DNA of 64,000 nt. It comes from a bacterium (GTDB taxonomy: Bacteria > Cyanobacteriota > Vampirovibrionia > Gastranaerophilales > JAILCC01). Below are positions 58,955-64,000 of the stretch, one piece after another. The stretch's first letter is position 1, and every line of letters begins with the position of its first letter. The notes beneath the pieces are model-generated. The model saw only the letters and a program-made list of their open reading frames with translations. It was not told the origin of the DNA and searched no databases. The stretch spans positions 170,561 through 234,560 of the forward strand of contig JAILCC010000016.1 in assembly GCA_024680555.1 (NCBI GenBank). Reading direction: 5' to 3'. Both the position numbers and the translations under genes were made by a program.

Positions 58955-60653
58955 TATCTTGTCCTTTATAGAGAGGAAGCGTAAATCTTACTTCAAAACC
59001 GTCTTTTGCACTCAAAGAAATTTTTCCGCCCATAGTTTCAACCAAACCTTTTACAATAAACAACCCTAAGCCTGTACCTCTTGTTGTTCTTGTCAAATTT
59101 GAATCAACACGGGTAAATTTTTCAAAGAGTTCATTGAGTTTTACATCTTCTATAAAATCAGCCTCATTATGGACTGATATTACCGCATTTTCGCCATCAT
59201 TGTACGAAATTATATCAATAGGCGTATTTTCCTTTGAATACTTTAAGGCATTTTCGATAAGGTTAATCAATATTTGTATCAGCCTGTCCTCATCAGCATA
59301 TACGCTCAACCCCTCGTCTATCTTTATATTAAACAGACTGTCATCATCTTTCGATGTGGAAATCATAGATGTTTCAAGGGCCGCTTTCACGTTCACTTCT
59401 TTATAGTCCATTCTTAGCGAAGATGCCTCAATGTCAGGAATAACGAGCAAATCTTCCACCATCCTGCTAAGGCGCTCTGCCTGTTGTTTAATAATGCGCA
59501 AAGATTTTTTTCTTGCCTCGTCGTCAATATGTATATCGTGCCTTAATAAACTTGAAGCATAACCTTTTATACTCGTCAGCGGGGTTCTGAACTCGTGGCT
59601 TACCGTATCTATGAGGTTTGATTTATATTCATCCATTTTTTTAAGTTTTTTGTTGCTTGCATTTAATTCACTGTACGATTCGTCGATTTTCTCAAGCATT
59701 TTGTTAAACTCTTCCGCAATAAAAATTATTTCTTGTGCGGTAAAAAGGTTTTGAATAACTCTCAGTTTTTTATTGTAATTACCATCCGCAATAGCTCTTA
59801 TAATCTTAAAGAACTGCCTTATATTCGTATATAATGCAAAAGTATAAATACCAAAAACAATAAATACGGCAAGCGCAACCGCAATAATCGTCAAAATTAT
59901 TTTGCGCCTTGCTTCTATTATGCCGTAATGTGTCAGGCTCTTAGGCGAAGAAACTACTACAAACCAATCGTACTCGGGTATGTATGTTATAACGTTTGGT
60001 TGGTTTTTGTACTTCCCAAAATGCTCGGGATCTTCATCATTTGCACCGACAATAAGTTCTTCTATACTCGCATCATCCGGAAATGTTGCAAGAATATCTT
60101 TTATACGTTTCTTTTCTTCATTTTGCCCCATCAGCAAGTTTTTTTGTCTGTCAAAAATATAAATTTGCCGCCCCTGAGGCGCAAAATCATCAAATATGTG
60201 CTTGTTTATGTATTCTAAACTAACTTTCTTGGTTGTAAGTATATTATTTATATCCACATAGGAAAATTCCACAGCCTCCTCTGACGGAATATATTTGGAT
60301 GAAAATTTTTGCGGAATTATTTGTTTTCTCGGTAACTTTACGTTTGAAAAGTCAATAATATCTGCATCCATGGTTTTTAATGTTTGCAAGAACTCCTCTT
60401 TACCTTGTTCATTGGGAATTTTTTTCAATGCTTCATTTGCGTAATAAATATTATGTTTTTCAAAATCTCTCAGAGATACAAGTTCATTTCCAACCGAATT
60501 AGCAACAATATTTGCCGAATAAATAAGCTCTTTTCTTACAGCAATTTGGTTTGTATTGATAATAATTGCACTGGCTATAAAAAGCGGCAAAATCAACGCC
60601 AAGGTTAATACTATTAAAATTTGTTCAGCAATTTTTAATCTTATTTTCATCAT
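58947..60653 (-). CDS. Membrane sensor histidine kinase (extracytoplasmic sensor, HAMP)
   Basis: Two TMs, HEFRTPL, NLIENALKY, GTGLGL. Confidence 0.9.
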   Translation of the reverse strand: MMKIRLKIAEQILIVLTLALILPLFIASAIIINTNQIAVRKELIYSANIVANSVGNELVSLRDFEKHNIYYANEALKKIPNEQGKEEFLQTLKTMDADIIDFSNVKLPRKQIIPQKFSSKYIPSEEAVEFSYVDINNILTTKKVSLEYINKHIFDDFAPQGRQIYIFDRQKNLLMGQNEEKKRIKDILATFPDDASIEELIVGANDEDPEHFGKYKNQPNVITYIPEYDWFVVVSSPKSLTHYGIIEARRKIILTIIAVALAVFIVFGIYTFALYTNIRQFFKIIRAIADGNYNKKLRVIQNLFTAQEIIFIAEEFNKMLEKIDESYSELNASNKKLKKMDEYKSNLIDTVSHEFRTPLTSIKGYASSLLRHDIHIDDEARKKSLRIIKQQAERLSRMVEDLLVIPDIEASSLRMDYKEVNVKAALETSMISTSKDDDSLFNIKIDEGLSVYADEDRLIQILINLIENALKYSKENTPIDIISYNDGENAVISVHNEADFIEDVKLNELFEKFTRVDSNLTRTTRGTGLGLFIVKGLVETMGGKISLSAKDGFEVRFTLPLYKGQDNE

Positions 60654-61348
60654 TCTTCCGGAAACGGGGTCAATTTATATCCGACATTTGTAACTGTTTT
60701 AACAAATTTTGGAGATTTTGGATTCGGTTCAATTTTTTGACGCAGACAGCCAACATGCACACGTACCATACGCACATCTTCATCTGCATCATATCCCCAC
60801 ACTTCGTCTAACAGGGTTGAATATCCGACGGCTTGATTTGCATGCTGCATAAGGCAATACAATATTTCAAACTCCGTAGGAGTCAATTTTATAAGTTTGG
60901 AAGCAATACTTGCCTCAAGAGAATCAGGATAAAGGCGAATTTCTCCGATTTGTAAGGTCTCGGCTTCAACAACTTTTTGCGGCTCATTTCTTCGCAACAA
61001 TGCCCTCATACGAACGAGTAGTTCTTGAATATCAAAAGGCTTAACCAAATAGTCATTTGCACCGGAATCAAAGCCTGTAACTTTATCGTCAATGGTACCC
61101 TTTGCCGTCAAAAGTATAATCGGAATATCTTTCTTTATTTTTCTTATATTTTGACAAACCGTAAAACCGTCTATTTTAGGCATCATTACATCAAGTACAA
61201 TAAGGCAATAGTCATCGTTGATAGCCTTTTGCAAACCTTCAGCGCCATCAGCGGCAGTCGTAACATTATAACCCGAGAATTGCAAGTCCAATTCCAACCA
61301 TTCACGGATATCTTTATCGTCATCTACAAGAAGAATATTGTACGCCAT
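60650..61348 (-). CDS. OmpR-family response regulator, RpaA-like
   Basis: Receiver plus wHTH; DGFTVCQ, LTPTEFEILYCL, EVWGYDADED, RVHV. Confidence 0.88.
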   Translation of the reverse strand: MAYNILLVDDDKDIREWLELDLQFSGYNVTTAADGAEGLQKAINDDYCLIVLDVMMPKIDGFTVCQNIRKIKKDIPIILLTAKGTIDDKVTGFDSGANDYLVKPFDIQELLVRMRALLRRNEPQKVVEAETLQIGEIRLYPDSLEASIASKLIKLTPTEFEILYCLMQHANQAVGYSTLLDEVWGYDADEDVRMVRVHVGCLRQKIEPNPKSPKFVKTVTNVGYKLTPFPEE

Positions 61349-61376
61349 AATTAAACTCTCCTTAGTTTTAATTTTA

Positions 61377-62813
61377 TCATGAAAAATTTTTAAAATACTC
61401 TACTATACCGTTTTTTATTCCGACGGCATATTTAAACTGGTTTTCGGGTTTTAACAGAGCTTCATACTCAAACGGATTTATCATAAAACCTACTTCTACC
61501 AATATGCTTACCGGATTTGTCGGGCGGGTGAGAACAAGGCTGCCGTACTTTACGCCCAAATCGTTAAATCCGTTTACCTTAATAAGATTTTTTTGAACTG
61601 ACTGTGCAAGTATTTTTGCCTGAGGCTGAAAATAATATGTTGAAGTACCGTGTGTTATATAGGGATTTTGTCCGTCAGGGAGAGCATTGTTGTGGATACT
61701 TATCAGAATATCGGCATGTTTCTTTTGCGCAAATTCAACTCTGTCGTATAAGTCCACATAAACATCCGATTCTCTTGTCATATAGACATGTGCACCTGCT
61801 TTTGTCAGTTCATCCTGTAAATATTTGCTTATTTTCAAATTTATATCTTTCTCCGGCACCTCGGTAGGTCCAATGGAACCGCATTCTTTACCGCCATGCC
61901 CCGGATCAATAACAATAACCTTTCCTTCAACATAATTACTAAACGGCTTTCTTATTTTTAAAACAAACTTTTTACCTTCGTAATAGTAATCGTATCCGTT
62001 TAAATTTTTGGCGGACACCGAGATTGAAAAAGAGTCATCATTGAACGAAAATATGCTCATATCACTTGTCTTTTTTTGAGTATCTTTGAAATTGAAACTC
62101 GTATTATTGAGCTTAACATTTAATATATTGTTTTTCGCATCTATATCGGCAAGAACAGGCTGCGCAAGTGAAACAACGGCATATATGTATTTTTTATCTT
62201 CGTGAAATGAAATCTTGTCCGCTACTTGCTTATCCAACACCATTTCATCTGCAGGCTTAGCAAAATTCTTCAATATGTACGCAAAACCGTCTCCGTATTT
62301 TACTTTGTAATGGTTATTTATAATTCCTACACTTTGGCATATCATCCCCTCTTTTATCGGAGTAAGCCTGTCACCGTATGGGGTTTTTCTGAGAGGGGCT
62401 TCCTCTTCGGTAACGACTATCGAGGCATTATACGGAACTAAAACCTGCGAAGAAGCGGGAGTTGTTGCAGGTGCATAGGGAACATATAACGACATTTTCT
62501 TTATTTTTACGTCATCATTGAATTGTGATACCAAAGTGATTTCATTCTTGCCCTTTTTAAGAGAAAATACTCTGACAAATGCCCCATTGGAATAAACTTT
62601 TACCGCTTCACCATTCACACTCATCGTTGCATTAGGATTGGTATTGCCTATAAAAAATGTAGAATTTGCCTTGATTGTTGCGCCATCTTTCGGATAAACA
62701 ACCACCAAACGGTTGCAGCTTGCATAAGCATATAACGCAACAAATATAATGCCCAATGCGGCAAAAAACACTGATAATTTTTTCAGATTGTTAAGCAAAT
62801 TAAATATCCCCAA
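61377..62813 (-). CDS. N-acetylmuramoyl-L-alanine amidase (Amidase_3)
   Basis: IDPGHGG, EKDINL, ISIHNN, LVEVGFM. Confidence 0.92.
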   Translation of the reverse strand: MGIFNLLNNLKKLSVFFAALGIIFVALYAYASCNRLVVVYPKDGATIKANSTFFIGNTNPNATMSVNGEAVKVYSNGAFVRVFSLKKGKNEITLVSQFNDDVKIKKMSLYVPYAPATTPASSQVLVPYNASIVVTEEEAPLRKTPYGDRLTPIKEGMICQSVGIINNHYKVKYGDGFAYILKNFAKPADEMVLDKQVADKISFHEDKKYIYAVVSLAQPVLADIDAKNNILNVKLNNTSFNFKDTQKKTSDMSIFSFNDDSFSISVSAKNLNGYDYYYEGKKFVLKIRKPFSNYVEGKVIVIDPGHGGKECGSIGPTEVPEKDINLKISKYLQDELTKAGAHVYMTRESDVYVDLYDRVEFAQKKHADILISIHNNALPDGQNPYITHGTSTYYFQPQAKILAQSVQKNLIKVNGFNDLGVKYGSLVLTRPTNPVSILVEVGFMINPFEYEALLKPENQFKYAVGIKNGIVEYFKNFS

Positions 62814-62860
62814 GATTTATAGTAAAATATCATTATAATAATATCATATCGGAGCAAACT

Positions 62861-63799
62861 ATGGCTACAAGTAAACAAGAATTTAATTTTGATTTAACTA
62901 TTCTGGGCGGGGGCCCCGCAGGACTCAGCGCCGCTATTTATGCCGCAAGAGGAGAATTGAAAACCGCCATCATAGATGTAAGCATGCTAGGCGGACAACC
63001 GACAAACTATTTGGAAATAGAAAATTATCCGTCATATCCGCATAGCGGCGGATACGAACTTATGGAAAAATTTGAAGAGCATGCTGACAAATTTAACGTA
63101 AAAAAATTCCCGCTTGAAACAATTACAGACGTACAATTAGAGGGCAAAACCAAAATTATTGAAACAGAAGATAAGATTTTTAAATCTAAGGCAATAATTC
63201 TTGCAACAGGGGCAAAGGCTAAAAAACTCGGCATCCCCGGAGAAAACGAATTTGTCGGACGTGGTGTAAGTTATTGTGCGGTATGTGACGGTGCATTTTT
63301 TAAAGAAAAAGTAATTTGTGTCGTAGGCGGCGGAAATTCCGCAATCGAAGAAGCTCTGTACCTGACAAAATTTGCAACAAAAGTTTATATCATACATAGG
63401 AGAGATGAACTTCGTGCAGACAAAATTATTCAACAAAGGGCATTTAAAAATCCACAGGTCGAATTCGTATATAACTCTATTCCGTTAGAAATCCTCGGCT
63501 CTAATACGGTTACATCAATAGTGATAAAAAATGTTCAAACAAACCAAATTAAAGAAATAAAAACTAACGGTGTGTTCCCGTATATTGGTTTATCCTCAAA
63601 TGCGGAACTTTTCGGAAGTCAACTAGAAACAGACAAAAACGGCTTCATTATAACAAATGAAAAAATGGAAACCTCTCTTGAGGGAGTATATGCTGCGGGA
63701 GATATAAGAACAACGCCTCTAAGACAGGTAATCACGGCAGCAGCAGATGGGGCGGTTGCCGCAACTTACGCAATTAAATACATTGAAGAATTGGAATAA
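62861..63799 (+). CDS. trxB: Thioredoxin reductase
   Basis: GGGPAGL, CAVCDG, GGGNSA, AAGD. Confidence 0.95.
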   Translation: MATSKQEFNFDLTILGGGPAGLSAAIYAARGELKTAIIDVSMLGGQPTNYLEIENYPSYPHSGGYELMEKFEEHADKFNVKKFPLETITDVQLEGKTKIIETEDKIFKSKAIILATGAKAKKLGIPGENEFVGRGVSYCAVCDGAFFKEKVICVVGGGNSAIEEALYLTKFATKVYIIHRRDELRADKIIQQRAFKNPQVEFVYNSIPLEILGSNTVTSIVIKNVQTNQIKEIKTNGVFPYIGLSSNAELFGSQLETDKNGFIITNEKMETSLEGVYAAGDIRTTPLRQVITAAADGAVAATYAIKYIEELE

Positions 63800-63801
63800 A
63801 A

Positions 63802-64000
63802 ATGAAAAAAATCTTGGGATTTATAACGTTAATAGCTTTGGGAGCATTTATTTCGCCTGCATTCGGAATATACGGAAACTTTGATGAATATGCGGCAGAT
63901 ACTACGTACGAAGAAGAATACAAACCTCTCGTTATCCCAAAAGGAAGCATCTTCAGAGGTCTTATAGGACAAACCGTATCCAGCGAATTTAATAACAACG
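63802..64000 (+). CDS. Exported protein, N-terminal part, truncated by the window edge; probably TrbI/VirB10-like family
   Basis: MKKILGFITLIALGAFISPAFG signal; LVIPKGSIFRGLIGQTVSSEFNN. Confidence 0.55.
   Translation, partial: MKKILGFITLIALGAFISPAFGIYGNFDEYAADTTYEEEYKPLVIPKGSIFRGLIGQTVSSEFNNN

Overview
A 64-kb AT-rich bacterial chromosomal segment. By inference it comes from a non-photosynthetic cyanobacterial relative (Melainabacteria/Vampirovibrionia, Gastranaerophilales-like): it has a cyanobacterial-type L34, an RpaA-like regulator, a DxNG..PN..GKD pilin-like protein, SLH proteins and anaerobic gut-type metabolism. Most of it is housekeeping: gcvPB, rpmH-rnpA-yidD, purB, queC, fused class I fumarase, prfB with its programmed +1 frameshift, ileS, uvrC, rsmG, dusB, trpB, tcdA, deoB, thrS, radA, tadA, amidase, trxB, tRNA-Gly(CCC) and tRNA-Ala(UGC). 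Accessory content includes a decayed island beside tRNA-Ala (fused R-M-S restriction enzyme, truncated acetyltransferase, arm-site-like repeats), an RTX-repeat papain/C39-like protease, kinase-like and zincin-like orphans, and a 7x13-aa repeat peptide gene paired with a YdcF/DUF218 gene. The most notable observations are: (1) a malic enzyme with an internally duplicated N-domain whose two copies keep complementary catalytic elements; (2) unrelated orphan proteins sharing a non-Sec N-terminal 'I-S/N-x(2-5)-N-F-G' leader, a candidate lineage-specific export signal; (3) a repeat-peptide/YdcF pair that may be a RiPP-like system; (4) a TrpR-controlled stand-alone trpB, a possible indole-salvage unit; (5) unannotated small ORFs, one behind a sigma-28-like promoter. 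All calls come from reading motifs; no database search was run.
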